From contig JAGIQG010000016.1 of assembly GCA_024679065.1 (NCBI GenBank), forward strand, positions 2,170,001 through 2,234,000: a stretch of 64,000 nucleotides of DNA. The letters are read 5' to 3'. The notes under the pieces were generated by a model, which saw only the letters and a list, made by a program, of their open reading frames with translations, was not told the origin of the DNA and searched no databases. Shown in pieces: positions 34,265-47,205 of the stretch (the stretch's first letter is position 1; each line of letters opens with the position of its first letter). This DNA is from Sphyrna mokarran. Taxonomy: Eukaryota. The translations under genes and the position numbers were made by a program.

Positions 34265-37200
34265 AAAGTTATGTCGGACCCGGAGAGGTTGAAGTTGTGT
34301 CAAGTGCAGGACCTGAGAGGATGAATTTGTGTCGGGTTTGGGGAGAATGACGTTGTGTCAGGTACGGGAAGATGAAAATGTGTTGGGTTTGGGGAGGATG
34401 AAGTTGTGTCAGGATCAGGGAGATAAAAATGTGTTGGGTTTGGGGAGGATGAAGTTGTGTTGAGTTTGAGGAGGATCAACTTGTGTTGGTTTCAGGGAGG
34501 ATGAGGATGTGTTGGATTTGGGGAGGATGAGGATGTGTTGGATTTGGGGAGGATGAAGTTGTGTCGGATTTGGGGAGGATGATGTTGTGTCGGGTTCGAG
34601 GAGGATGAAGTTGTGTTGGATTTGGGGAGGATGAAGTTGTGTCAGGTTCGGGGGGGATGAAGTTGTGTTGGTTTCGGAGGATAAAGTTGTATTGAGTTCA
34701 GGGTGGATGAAGTTGTCGGATTTGGGGAGGATGAAGTTGTGTCGGGTTTGGGAGGATGAGGTTATGTCGGGTTCAGGGAGGATGAGGTTGTGTCGGGTCT
34801 GGGAGGATGAGGTTGTGTCGGATTCGAGGAGGATGAAGTTGTGTTGGGTTTGGGGAGGATGAAGTTGTGTTGGATTTGGGGAGGATGAAGTTGTGTTGGA
34901 TTTGGGGAGGATGAAGTTGTGTTGGGTTTGGGGAGGATGAAGTTGTGTCGGGTTCGAGGAGGATAAACTTGTGTCGGATTTGGGGAGGATGAAGTTGTAT
35001 CAGGTTCAGGGGGGATGATGTTTTCTGATTTGAGGTGGATGAAGTTGTGTCGGGTTCGAGGAGGATGAAGTTGTGTCGGATTTGGGGAGGATGAAGTTGT
35101 GTCGGGTTTGGGGAGGATGAAGTTGTGTCGGGTTGGGGAGGATGAAGTTGTGTTGGATTTGGGGAGGATGAAGTTGTGTTGGGTTCGAGGAGGATGAAGT
35201 TGTGTCGGGTTCGAGGAGGATGAAGTTGTGTCGGGTCGGGAGGATGAAGTTGTGTCGGGTTCGAAAAGGATGAAGTTGTGTCGGGTTTGGGGAGGATGAA
35301 GTTGTGTTGGATTTGGGGAGGATGAAGTTGTGTTGCGTTTGGGGAGGATGAAGTTGTGTTGGGTTTGGGGAGGATGAAGTTGTGTCGGGTTTGGGGAGGA
35401 TGAAGTTGTGTCGGATTTGGGGAGGATGAAGTTGTGTCGGATTTGGGGAGGATGAAGTTGTGTCGGGTTTGGGAGGATGAAGTTGTGTCGGGTTCGGGAG
35501 GGATGAAGTTGTGTCGGGTTCGGGAGGGATGAAGTTGTGTCGGGTTCGGGAGGGATGAAGTTTGTGTCGGGTTCGGGAGGGATGAAGTTGTGTCGGGTTC
35601 GGAGGGATGAAGTTGTGTCGGGTTCGGGAGGGATGAAGTTGTGTCGGGTTCGGGAGGATGAAGTTGTGTCGGGTTCGGGAGGGATGAAGTTGTGTCGGGT
35701 TCGGGAGGGATGAAGTGTGTCGGGTTCGGGGGATGAAGTTGTGTCGGGTTCGGGAGGGATGAGTTGTGTCGGGTTCGGGAGGGATGAAGTTGTGTCGGGT
35801 TCGGGAGGGATGAAGTTGTGTCGGGTTCGGGGAGGATGAAGTTGTGTCGGGTTCGGGAGGGATGAAGTTGTGTCGGGTTCGGGAGGATGAAGTTGTGTCG
35901 GGTTCGGGGGGGATGAAGTTGTCGGATTTGGAGAGAATGAAGTTGTGTCAGAGTTGGGGAGGATGAAGTTGTGTCGGGTTTTCGGAGGATGAAGTTGTGT
36001 TGGGTTTAGGAAGAATGAAGTTGTGTCGAGCTCGAGGAGGATTGAGTTCTGTCAGGTTTGGGGTGGATGAAGTTGTGTCGGGTTTGGGGAGGATGAAGTT
36101 GTGTTGGATTTGGGGAGGATGAAGTTGTGTCGGGTTCGAGGAGGATGAAGTTGTGTCGGGTTCGAGGAGGATGAAGTTGTGTCGGGTTCGAGGAGGATGA
36201 AGTTGTGTCGGGTTCCGAAAGGATGAAGTTGTGTCGGGTTTGGGGAGGATGAAGTTGTGTTGGATTTGGGGAGGATGAAGTTGTGTCGGGTTCGAGGAGG
36301 ATGAAGTTGTGTCGGATTCGGGGAGGATGAAGTTGTGTCGGGTTCGGGGAGGATGAAGTTGTGTTGGATTCGGGGAGGATGAAGTTGTGTCGGGTTCGAG
36401 GAGGATGAAGTTGTGTCGGGTTCGAGGAGGATGAAGTTGTGTCGGGTTCGGAGAGGATGAAGTTGTGTCGGGTTTCGAAAAGATGATGTTGTGTCGGGTT
36501 TGGGGAGGATGAAGTTGGTTGGATTTGGGGAGGATGAAGTTGTGTTGCGTTTGGGGAGATGAAGTTGTGTGGGTTTGTGGTTCGGGAGGATGAAGTTGGA
36601 GATGAAGTTGTGTCGGGTTCGAGGAGGATGAAGTTGTGTCGGATTTGGGGAGGATGAAGTTGTGTCGGATTTGGGGAGGATGAAGTTGTGTCGGGTTCGG
36701 GGAGGATGAAGTTGTGTTGGATTTGGGGAGGATGAAGTTGTGTTGGGTTCGAGGAGGATGAAGTTGTGTCGGGTTTGGGGAGGATGAAGTTGTGTCGGGT
36801 TCGGGGAGGATGAAGTTGTGTCGGGTTCGAAAAGGATGATGTTGTGTCGGGTTTGGGGAGGATGAAGTTGTGTTGGATTTGGGGAGGATGAAGTTGTGTT
36901 GCGTTTGGGGAGGATGAAGTTGTGTCGGGTTTGGGGAGGATGAAGTTGTGTCGGGTTTGGGGAGGATGAAGTTGTGTTGGATTTGGGGAGGATGAAGTTG
37001 TGTCGGATTTGGGGAGGATGAAGTTGTGTTGGGTTTGGGGAGGATGAAGTTGTGTTGGGTTTGGGGAGGATGAAGTTGTGTTGGATTTGGGGAGGATGAA
37101 GTTGTGTCAGATTTGGGGAGGATGAAGTTGTGTCGGGTTTGGGGAGGATGAAGTTGTGTCAGGTTCGGGAGGGATGAAGTTGTGTCGGGTTCGGGAGGGA

Positions 37201-38367
37201 TGAAGTTGTGTCGGGTTCGGGAGGGATGAAGTTGTGTCGGGTTCGGGAGGGATGAAGTTGTGTCGGGTTCGGGAGGGATGAAGTGTCGGGAAGTTGTGTC
37301 GGGTTCGGGAGGGATGAAGTTGTGTCGGGTTCGGGGGGATGAAGTTGTGTCGGGTTCGGGGGGGATGAAGTTGTGTCAGGTTCGGAGGGATGAAGTTGTG
37401 TCAGGTTCCGGAGGGATGAAGTTGTGTCAGATTGGGAGGAGAAGTTGTGCGGGTTCGAGGGATGAAGTTGGTCGGGTCGGGAGGATGAAGTTGTGTCGGG
37501 TTCGGGAGGATGAAGTTGTGTCGGGTTCGGGGGGGATGAAGTTGTGTCGGTTCGGGGAGGGATGAAGTTGTGTGGGTTCGGGAGGGATGAAGTTGTGTCG
37601 GTCGGGGGGGATGAAGTTGTGTCGGGTTCGGGGAGGATGAAGTTGTGTCGGGTTCAGGGGGGATGAAGTTGTCGGATTTGGAGAGAATTAAGTTGTGTCA
37701 GAGTTGGGGAGGATGAAGTTGTGTCGGGTTTTCGGAGGATGAATTTGTGTTGGGTTTAGGAAGAATGAAGTTGTGTCGGGCTCGAGGAGGATTGAGTTCT
37801 GTCAGGTTTGGGGTGGATGAAGTTGTGTCGGGTTCGAGGAGGATGAAGTTGTGTCGGATTTCGGGAGGATGAAGTTGTGTCGGGTTCAGGGAGGATGAAG
37901 TTCTGTTGGGTTCAGGGAGGAAGAATTTGTGTCAGGTTCAGGGAGGAAGAATTTGTGTCAGGTTCAGGGAGGATGAAGTTGTGTCGGGTTTGGGGAGGAT
38001 GAAGTTGTGTCGGGTTCGAGGATGAGGAAGTTGCGTCGGATTTGGGGCGAATGAAGTTGTGTCGGGTTCAGTGCAGTTGAAGTTGTGTCGAGTTCGAGGG
38101 GGATGAAGTTATGTTGGATTTGGGGAGAATGAAGTTGTGTCAGGTTCGCGGAGAATGAGGTCATGTCAGTTTTGGGAGAATTAAGTTGTGTCAGGTTTTC
38201 GGAGGATGACGTTGTGTCGGGTTCGGGAGGATGACGTTGTGTCGGGTTCGGGAGGATGACGTTGTGTCGGGTTCGAGGAGGATGAAGTTGTGTCAGGTTC
38301 GGGAGAGATGAAGTTGTGTTGGATTTGGGGAGGATGATGTTGTGTCAGGTTTGGGGCAGATGAAGTT
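34265..38367 (+). repeat. ~4.1-kb G-rich 26-bp tandem satellite (GGGAGGATGAAGTTGTGTCGGGTTCG)n
   Basis: Roughly 150+ direct copies, degenerate at both ends. Lies in the last intron of gene B. Confidence 0.98.
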
Positions 38368-38379
38368 TCAGGCAGATGT

Positions 38380-38808
38380 TTGTAGACTAGTCAGTGTCGT
38401 GATGAGGATATGGGAGTGAATGAGACTGTGTTTGGTGAGGAATGTGAGTATTTGCTGGTGTGCACGTCTACATGCTGGAATGACCCTATGTACAGGTGTA
38501 AGAGGATGAGTGTACTGTGTGTGTGTGTGTGAATGAATTTGTAGAAGTGAGAGTGCATATTTGCAGGCACTGAGAGTGTGTGGGAGCGAGAAACAACGCG
38601 GGTGAATGTGAGAGGGTGAGTGTGTGGGATTGAGCATGCATGTGGGACAGAACATGTGTGTGAGATTGAGTGAGTGAATGAATGTGAGGAAGAATGAGTG
38701 AGCATGCCGAAATGTGTGGGAGTGAGTGTCTGCCTTACTCCCAATCTCTCAGGTTTCTCACTCTCACCAGTACACACACACTCATACTCTCAACACACCC
38801 ACACATAG
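38380..38808. repeat. Degenerate (TG)n then (CA)n low-complexity tract
   Basis: Seen directly; CA-rich sequence resumes at 41620-42112 after the CR1 insertion. Confidence 0.8.
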
Positions 38809-41620
38809 TCGGAGTAGAGAAGGAGGTAGAAGTGGGGGGAGGAGTGGCATTATTCGTCAAAGACTGTATCACAGTGACAGAAAAGAAGTTTGATGAGGAC
38901 TTGTCTGTTGAGGTAGTATGGGCTGAGATTAGAAACAGGAGAGGAGAGGTCACCCTGTTGGGAGTCTTTTATAGACCTCCTAAAAGTTCTAGAGAGATTG
39001 AGGAAAGGATTGCAAAGTCAATTCTGGTCAGGAGTGAAAGTAATAGGGTAATTGTTATGGGGGACTTTAACTTTACTAATATTGATTGGAATAGCTATAG
39101 CTCTAGCTCATTAGAGGGGTCAGTTTTCGTACAAAGTGTGCAGGAAGGTTTTTTAACTCAGTATGTAGAAAGGCCAACTAGAGGCGAGGCTACATTGGAT
39201 TTGGTGCTGGGCAATGAGCCAGACCAGGTGTTAGGCTTGGAAGTTAGTGAACATTTTGGTGATAGTGACCACAATTCGGTTACGTTCACCTTAGTGATGG
39301 ATAGGGATAGGCATGAAGCTGGGGGCAGTAGTTATAGCTGGGGGAAGGGTAATTATGAGGCCATCAGGAGAGAATTAGGGTGCATAGATTGGACTAGGAA
39401 ACTACAGGGACTGGGAACATCTGGAATGTGGAGCTTATTCAAGGAGCAGCTGCTGCGAGTCCTTGATAAGTATGTCCCTGTCAGGCAAGGAGGAAATGGT
39501 CGAGTAAGAGAACCTTGGTGTACGAAAAAAGTTGATTTGCTGGTTAAAAGGAAAAAGGAGGCTTATGTCAGGATGAGGCTTGAAGGCTCAGTTAGTGCAA
39601 TGGATAGCTATAGATTAGCCAGGAGGGAGCTAAAGAGTGAATTGAGGAGAGCTAAGAGGGGACACGAGAAGACTTTGGCTGATAGGATTAAGGAGAATCC
39701 TAAAGCTTTCTTTAGATATGTTAAGAATAGAAGATTGGTTAGGGCAAGATTAGGGCCAGTCATAGACAGCAGTGGGAAGTTGTGCGTGGAGCCTGAAGAG
39801 ATTGGAGAGGCACTGAATAAATATTTCTCTTCGGTATTCACGCAGGGTGATGTAAATGTAGTTATGGAGAACACTGAGGTACAGGGTTGCAAACTGGAAA
39901 GTATTGAAGTAGATAGGGAGGATGTGCTAGATATTCTCGAGGGTTTGAAGTTGGATAAGTCCCCTGGGCCGGACGGGATTTACCCTAGGATTCTCTGGGA
40001 GGCAAGAGAGGAGATTGCAGAGCCTCTGGCTCTGATCTTCAGGTCGTCGTTGGTTACGGGTGTGGTTCCGGAGGACTGGAGGATAGCGAATGTGGTCCCA
40101 TTGTTCAAGAAGGGGAAGAGAGACCTTCCAGGGAATTATAGGCCAGTGAGTCTTACTTCTGTTGTGGGCAAAGTATTGGAGAGAATTATTAGGGATAGGA
40201 TTTATAGTTATTTAGAGAGAAATGAATTGATTGGGGATAGTCAGCATGGTTTTGTGAAGGGTAGGTCGTGCCTTACTAACCTTATTGAGTTTTTTGAAAA
40301 AGTGACCAAAGAGGTGGATGGGGGTAAGGCGGTTGATGTGGTATATATGGACTTTAGTAAGGCGTTTGATAAGGTGGCCCATGGAAGACTTCTGCAGAAA
40401 ATGCAGATGTATGGGATAGAGGGTGATTTAGCTAATTGGATTAGGAATTGGCTAGCAGATAGAAGACAGAGGGTGGTGGTTGATGGGAGATATTCATCGT
40501 GGAGTTCGGTTACAAGTGGTGTACCTCAGGGGTCTGTTTTGGGGCCCCTGCTGTTTGTAATTTTTATAAATGATCTGGATGAGGGTATTGAGGATGGATT
40601 AGTAAATTTGCAGATGACACTAAAGTCGGTGGAGTGGTAGATAGTGAAGAGGGGTGTTATAGTTTGCAGAGAGACTTGGACAAGTTGCAGAGCTGGGCCG
40701 AGAGGTGGCAAATGGAGTTTAATGTGGAAAAGTGTGAGGTAATGCACTATGGCAGGAATAATAAATGTGTAGAGTATAGGGCTAATGGTAGGATTCTTAA
40801 TAGTCTTGATGAACAGAGGGATCTTGGTGTGTATGTGCATAGATCCCTGAAAGTAGGCAGTCAAATCGAGAAGGTTGTTAAGAAGGCATATGGAGCTTAG
40901 CTTTTATTGGTAGGGGGATTGAATTTCGGAGCCGCAACGTCATGTTGCAACTGTACAAAACTCTAGTGCGGCCGCACTTGGAGTATTGTGTGCAGTTCTG
41001 GTCCCCACATTATAAGAAAGATGTGGAGGCATTGGAGAGGGTACAGAGGAGGTTTACCAGGATGTTGCCTGGTATGGAGGGCAGGTCTTATGAAGAGAGG
41101 CTGAGGGATTTGAGGTTGTTTTCGTTAGAAAGGAGGCGGCTAAGAGGGGACCTAATCGAAACATATAAGATGATTAGAGGTTTAGATAGGGTGGACAGTG
41201 ATAGCCTTTTCCTAGGATGGAGAAAGCTAGCACGAGGGGACACACATTTAAATTAAGGGTGATAGGTATAGGACGGATATCAGAGGTAGGTTCTTTGCCC
41301 AAAGGGTGGTTAGGGAGTGGAATGCCCTGCCTGCAGCAGTTATAGATGCGCCAAGTTTGGTGGCGTTTAAGAGGTTAGTTGATAAGTATATGGAAGAGAA
41401 GGGAATGGTTTAGTTTGGAGGGTCATTGCTTTTTATATTGGTCGGCGCAACATGGAAGGCCGAAGGGCCTGTTCTGTGCTGTAATGTTCTATGTTCTATG
41501 TTCTAATTATATGGAAGAGAAGGGAATGGTTTAGTTTGGAGGGTCATTGCTTTTTATATTGGTCGGCGCAACATCGAAGGCCGAAGGGCCTGTTCTGTGC
41601 TGTAATGTTCTATGTTCTAT
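38809..41620 (+). mobile_element. Young 5'-truncated CR1 LINE, same subfamily as 19342-22328, with duplicated 3' tail
   Basis: ORFs 38694-40640, 40634-40900 and 40942-41256 are nearly identical in protein to the minus-strand copy. Confidence 0.96.
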
Positions 41621-42112
41621 AGACAAATGCACACATAGACACATACACATACACTCACATTTACACGCACATTCACACTCACACACACATACACACATGC
41701 ATATGCAAACACACATACACACATAGACATACATCGANNNNNNNNNNNNNNNNNNNNNNNNNNNNNNNNNNNNNNNNNNNNNNNNNNNNNNNNNNNNNNN
41801 NNNNNNNNNNNNNNNNNNNNNNNNNNNNNNNNNNNNNNNNNNNNNNNNNNNNNNNNNNNNNNNNNNCCTCGCATACACACATATATATACATAGACATAC
41901 ATTATACACATGCATGCACATATATAGACATACACACGCATTCACACACACATATTTACATACATATACACACACATGTACACACATACGCACATACAAC
42001 TACAAACACACACATACATACATACATACATGCACACAGACACACATTGTCATTCACACTCACACACAAACTCACACACACACACGCACGCACGCACACA
42101 CACACACACTCA
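41620..42112. repeat. (CA/TA)-rich microsatellite containing a 129-N assembly gap (41738-41866)
   Basis: Seen directly. Confidence 0.95.
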
Positions 42113-42983
42113 GAGTGAGTGAGTATCCTGATTGTGGGATTGAGGTGGACATGCACATGACTCACAATCTGGTCACTTTTACTTGTGACTCTGTTTATTA
42201 AATTCACAATTTACCGCTGTAATGTTGCTTTATCTTTGCTCATCAATTCTTTCTTTTCTCAATGTTTGAGATTGAGTTTAATAGTCTGCCAAACCTTTTC
42301 ACTCTGAAATTTGCTCATCCGCTCTGCAGTGCGAACAAACTGTAAAGTGGCTCCCTGTGTGAAAAAGTGAAACAAGCCTGTTCTGGAAATTCTTTCAATT
42401 TGATTGTCTTGCTTGATGTGAAGATGAATAGCCCCCAAAATTCCTACATGTCCTTCATTGCAGCCTCCAATAATTTCTTATTTAATGCTCTGGCAACAGA
42501 ATAATGATTGTTGGAGGACTTATAAACTACTCCCACTCGTGTTTTGACTCTTGCTATTCCCAATTTCTGATATCTATACTGACTACTTCAGAATCCTTTC
42601 TCACTAATATCCTTATGTCATCTTTTTTGTCTGTCTTTCTGAAATATTCTGCGCCTTGAAATGTTTATTTCATAACCATCATCTTGTTTGTGACCAGAGA
42701 GGGGAGACTTTCCACTCACCTTTTTGACAGTGATGTAAAGGGAAATCTCAACGTTCAACATCTGGGCTATCACTGTGCTACATTATCATCACCAGCCTCT
42801 CTGCACCCACCACTTCTACCACCATAATAAAATTCATTCACGTCAGCATGAAGGTAGAATGACATGAATTGCGACTGACCTCACACAGTGTGCATTTGAA
42901 AGCAGATTCTCCCCAGAGGAGCTCAAGTGAGGGATTGCTCATGGGGACGAGGATCATGATCAGACAGTGACAGGTTTCAGTAT

Positions 42984-43520
42984 CATAGAACATAGAACAT
43001 AGAACAATACAGCACAGAACAGGCCCTTCGGCCCTCGATGTTGTGCCGACCAAAATAAAAAGCAATGCCCCTCCTAACTAAACCATTCCCTTCTCATCCA
43101 TATACTTATCAACTAACCTCTTAAACGCCACCAAACTTGGCGCATCTACAACAGCTGCAGGCAGGGCATTCCACTCCCTAATCACTCTTTGAGTAAAGAA
43201 CCTACCTCTGATATCCGTCCTATAACTCATACCCCTTAATTTAAAGTTGTGTCCCCTCGTGCTAGCTTTTTCCATCCTAGGAAAAAGGCTATCACTGTCC
43301 ACCCTATCCAAACCTCTAATTATCTTATATGTTTCAATAAGATCCCCCCTTAGCCGCCTCCTTTCTAACGAAAACAACCTCAAATCCTTCAACCTCTCTT
43401 CATAGGACCTGCCCTCCATACCAGGCAACATCCTAGTAAACCTCCTCTGTACCCTCTCCAATGCCTCCACATCTTTCTTATAATGTGGCGACCAGAACTG
43501 CACACAATACTCCAAGTGCG
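42984..43520 (-). mobile_element. CR1 3' fragment, same subfamily as 38809-41620
   Basis: ORF 43078-43545 (PHLEYCVQFWSPHYKKDV...) and (catagaa)n tail at 42984. Confidence 0.95.
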
Positions 43521-44454
43521 GATACTCCAAGTGCAAATACTCCAAGATACTCCAAGTATCGGGGGTTAGTGCCCAGACAATGCCAGGCGTTCAGTGCCCA
43601 GAGACTGTCCAGTCAGAGCCCAGACAATCTTAAGGGGGCAGTGCCCAGACAGTGCCTAGGCAGTGCCCAGTTAGGGCCAGGGTAGGTTCCAGGTAGAGCC
43701 AGGGGCAGTGCCCAGAAAGGGCTGGGGTGGCAGGGTCCAGATAGAGCCACGGGACTGTACTCAGGCAGGGTCGGGAGCAGGGCTCAGATAGAGCCAGGGG
43801 GCAGTGCCCAGACAGTGCTGGGGGACAGTGCATTGACAGTGTCAGGGAATGGCTGTTGAGTGAGGGACGGTTCCATATAATCTTTTGTGCACTGAGGCCA
43901 CGATGTATAAAGCGCTAAGTTGCTGACGGGCAAACTCAGTTAGAGTTGCTTCACCAGCTTAACTTATTGGGACCCATCTCTTGCCATTTCTTTTCCGACA
44001 CTCCCAACAATATGTTGGAGAAAGCCACCATTAGTGCAGACAGCATCAACATCGTTTTTCCCCCTTGCTGCCATATTCCACCAAATATAGACAAAATTCC
44101 TTTGTCTGTTTCTGTCATGACAATTCGATCAAACTCATTGACCTCTATTTATGCCACTAATTCATCTTATTATGCATGCTTTATGCATTCAGATGAAGAA
44201 GCCCTAATTTCATTTATAAATTCTATTTCTAGGAATGACCTTATTCGCAAATGTGTGTTTTTCTCATTAAAATTTCATTCCCCAACAGTCCCACTCCACT
44301 TGCTTTTAACAACATTACGATCTTGACCTTTCTGTTTGCATTGCTAAGTCTTCCTCGACCCAATTGGTGTTGGGTTTCAGGTTGCTGAGTTTCGGTGTGC
44401 CAACCATCGTAGAAGCACAACCGGAGCAACCACATGAAAAACTGGCAACTTGAG

Positions 44455-44785
44455 GGGCTGAGTGTGGTGATACAGTGGTTAGCACTGCTGTCTCACAGTG
44501 CCTTGGACCCAGGTTCAATTCTGGCTTTAGGTCACAGTGTGGATTCTGTCCGTTCTTCCCATGTCTGCAAAGTTTTCTCTGGGTGTCTAAGGGTGTGTAG
44601 GTTAGGTGGATTGGCCATGATAAATTGTCCCTTAGTGTCCAAAGATGTGCAGGTTAAGTGAATTGGACATCATAAATGTGTGGGGTTACAGGGAGGGGAG
44701 GGGCCAAGGAGTGAGATGCCCTTTCAGCGAGCCAGTGTGAATCAATGAGCCGAATGGTATCTTTCTGCCCTGTAAGGATTCTGTG
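44455..44785 (+). mobile_element. HE1-like V-SINE
   Basis: tggtgatacagtggttagcactgctgtctcacag...ggttcaattct head and a V-domain relic. Confidence 0.7.
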
Positions 44786-44809
44786 TGTATCCTGGAACAT
44801 TTAACTTAC

Positions 44810-44860
44810 CTCCTGATTTCTCAGAACCCCTGGCACCTCACAGTTTTCACAAAAAGGACC
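44810..44860 (-). CDS. Gene B probable cytoplasmic exon 2 GPFCENCEVPGVLRNQE
   Basis: 51 nt, phase 0-0, strong donor GAG|GTAAGT, AG acceptor with a weak pyrimidine tract. Confidence 0.5.
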
Positions 44861-45407
44861 CTGACATTCATCGATACAACAGTTCAGTTGAGTTTCCCGT
44901 TTCCTATCGCCTCTCTTTTGTCATCGAAATAAATATGGTCAGAGTAACCATCTACATGATCTATCTTTCATGTTGGCTGAGATTATTAAGTCCTAGATTT
45001 CCACTCCGCTTTGTGCAACAAGTGCTTCCTGAAATCACTCCCGAATTGCTTGGCTCAATGTTTCATAACTTGCCCTCTAGATTCTGGAATCCCCCCAGCA
45101 CCAACCCCTCCAAACCACCAACCCCCACCCCACCTCCCAACCCAGAGGAAATAGTTATTCTCTATCAACCCTGTAAAATCCTTTAATTATCTCAAATCCC
45201 TCAATTGAACTATCCCTTCTTTATCCCAAGGGTAACAAACCTCATGGTGCAATCTTGTACGAGAAAGATGTTCTCACAGCCAGATCTCAATAATCAGTAG
45301 AAATCTTTTAAAGGCATCAGTCATTGGAATCTGTCTTTACAAAGCCACAACATCAACAAAGGACAATGTTGGTTGTGGAAGTGAATTCCAATTGTTTTGT
45401 TACTTAC

Positions 45408-45492
45408 CGAAGACCTGTCTGTCTGCTCGTCTGGGGTGCAACTGCCAGTGTTCTCTGCTTGGGCTGAATGTCGTCTTCCTGTGCTGCACCTT
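45408..45492 (-). CDS. Gene B cytoplasmic exon 1 (K)RCSTGRRHSAQAENTGSCTPDEQTDRSS
   Basis: 85 nt, phase 2-0, matches the phase-2 end of the TM exon. acacacAG acceptor, GTAAGT donor. Confidence 0.78.
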
Positions 45493-46365
45493 CTGTGTGT
45501 TTAATTAGAAAAAGTTAATGTATCATTGTGAACTTCAAATGAGTAACTGGGCTACAAGTGAAAAGCCTTTTATTGAAATGTCTTGCACTGTGAGCAGAAC
45601 GTTAACCCTTTATGTGCTGACGCTGTGACGTGATTCCAGTGTAAAGCTGGGCAGTCGTTGACAGAATTTTCTTTCACTGCTCACTCCAGTTATGAAGGTG
45701 GATTTTTGGGAGGAGCAGATTTTGCTCAGCATTGGTTAAAAATGTGAGTATCTGGACAATGTGTAAGAGAAAGAGAGAGAGAATGAGAAGGAGAGCAGTA
45801 CTGAAGAAAGGAGAGAGAGTGAGTGAGACAGAGAAAATGGAAAAGGTTTGCATCCACTGAACCACCGAGGACTGAAAGAGTTGCATTTACATAACCCCTT
45901 TCACAACAATAGAAATTTTGTTTCTATTCTGCAATCTCATCTGCATTGTTAGATGAGATATATTAATCCAAATGTTCTTGTAAAAGATTCCGCAATCACT
46001 AATTGGAGAAGATGAGGAAAAGCACTTCCCAGTGTCCTGAGGCCAAAATTTATTCCAAAATTAACATTAGTTTCAAAATATCACCTAGATCACGGTCACT
46101 TTGTTATTTGTGGGAATTTGCTGCACACAAGTTAACTACTGCATTTCCTACATTGCAACATTGGGAAAGTACTTCAATGGCTGTAATGTGAAAGATGCCA
46201 TTGGAATGCAAGTTATTTCTACTGTTAGGTTCCTGGGCCAGAACACCAAGGTATATTGGGAAGCCAGGCTAGATTCCAACAGTTTTTCTGTAAGTTCAGC
46301 TTATCACTATTTCAGTTCCAAGTCAGCATCAGTCTTTCCACAGAATTAAATCCATTTTAAATATA

Positions 46366-46990
46366 CAGTAATACCTCCACTTACGAGTTTAATTCGTTCT
46401 GTGACCGAGCTCGTAACTCAATTTGCTCGTATATCAAATTAAATTTCCCCATTAAAATGAATTGAAATGCTATTAATCCGTTCCAGCCCCCCAAAAACCA
46501 CACCAATTTTTTTTGTTACGTGTTTTTAAATAAGAAAAATGTACTTTATAAATAACAAATAATGTATAAAAAAAAATACGTAATAAAAGAGAATGTAAAG
46601 AAATAAACTGGTTTTATTAAGTGTATTTACCTTGAAGATCAGACGAAGATGCTGGCGGAGGTGGAGGAGATTGGCGGAGGAGGTTGAGGGAGTTTTTCAT
46701 TTTGTACTCTATTTATTGCTAACTTTAACTTTTCTTTAAGTATCTTATGAGACTTAAAGGCTCTGGGGTTTTCAGAGTGATATACGAGTAGTGGCTTAAT
46801 CTTGCAGTCACCACTCGCATTCGCGCACATGAACTGAACACTCGCTGGGCTACCTAGTGGCGGGTGGCGTAAGCTCACTCGCTCGTAACTCAGATCTCGG
46901 CTCGCATCACAAAGCAAAAAATCAACCAAACGACGGCTCGTATCTCGGAAAATTCGTAAGTTGAGTCACTCGTAAGTCAAGGTTTCACTG
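46366..46990 (-). mobile_element. Internally deleted Tigger/pogo (Tc1-mariner) DNA transposon
   Basis: TA TSDs (46364-46365 and 46991-46992). TIRs CAGTAATACCTCCACTTACGAGT / ACTCGTAAGTCAAGGTTTCACTG. Transposase relic CANASGDCKIKPLLVYHSENPRAFK. Confidence 0.88.
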
Positions 46991-47205
46991 TAGTTACAAA
47001 CACTAGCCTATTAGCTCTAACTCATGGCTAAAATGAGTAATTATCGTGCTTTTCCAGCATCTGAACTGACAAAATAACTCACTGTAAGAAGAAAAACAAC
47101 TTCAAAACATTTTACAGAAACAGAGAATATATCACTAGCGCAGTATCATTACACAACAGAGAGAGAAGATTTGTGCAAACTAACAAATTAACCCATCACT
47201 CTTAC

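Noticed and set aside
34265-38367. Tandem arrays as CRISPR or Ig switch-like regions
   Set aside because: No unique spacers or cas genes, and the DNA is eukaryotic. The G-rich strand is the template strand of the host gene and the unit lacks AGCT motifs, unlike switch regions.
38694-40640. 648-aa ORF as a host gene or novel fusion protein
   Set aside because: It is 5'-truncated CR1 ORF2; the N-terminal ~40 aa are chance read-through from low-complexity flank.
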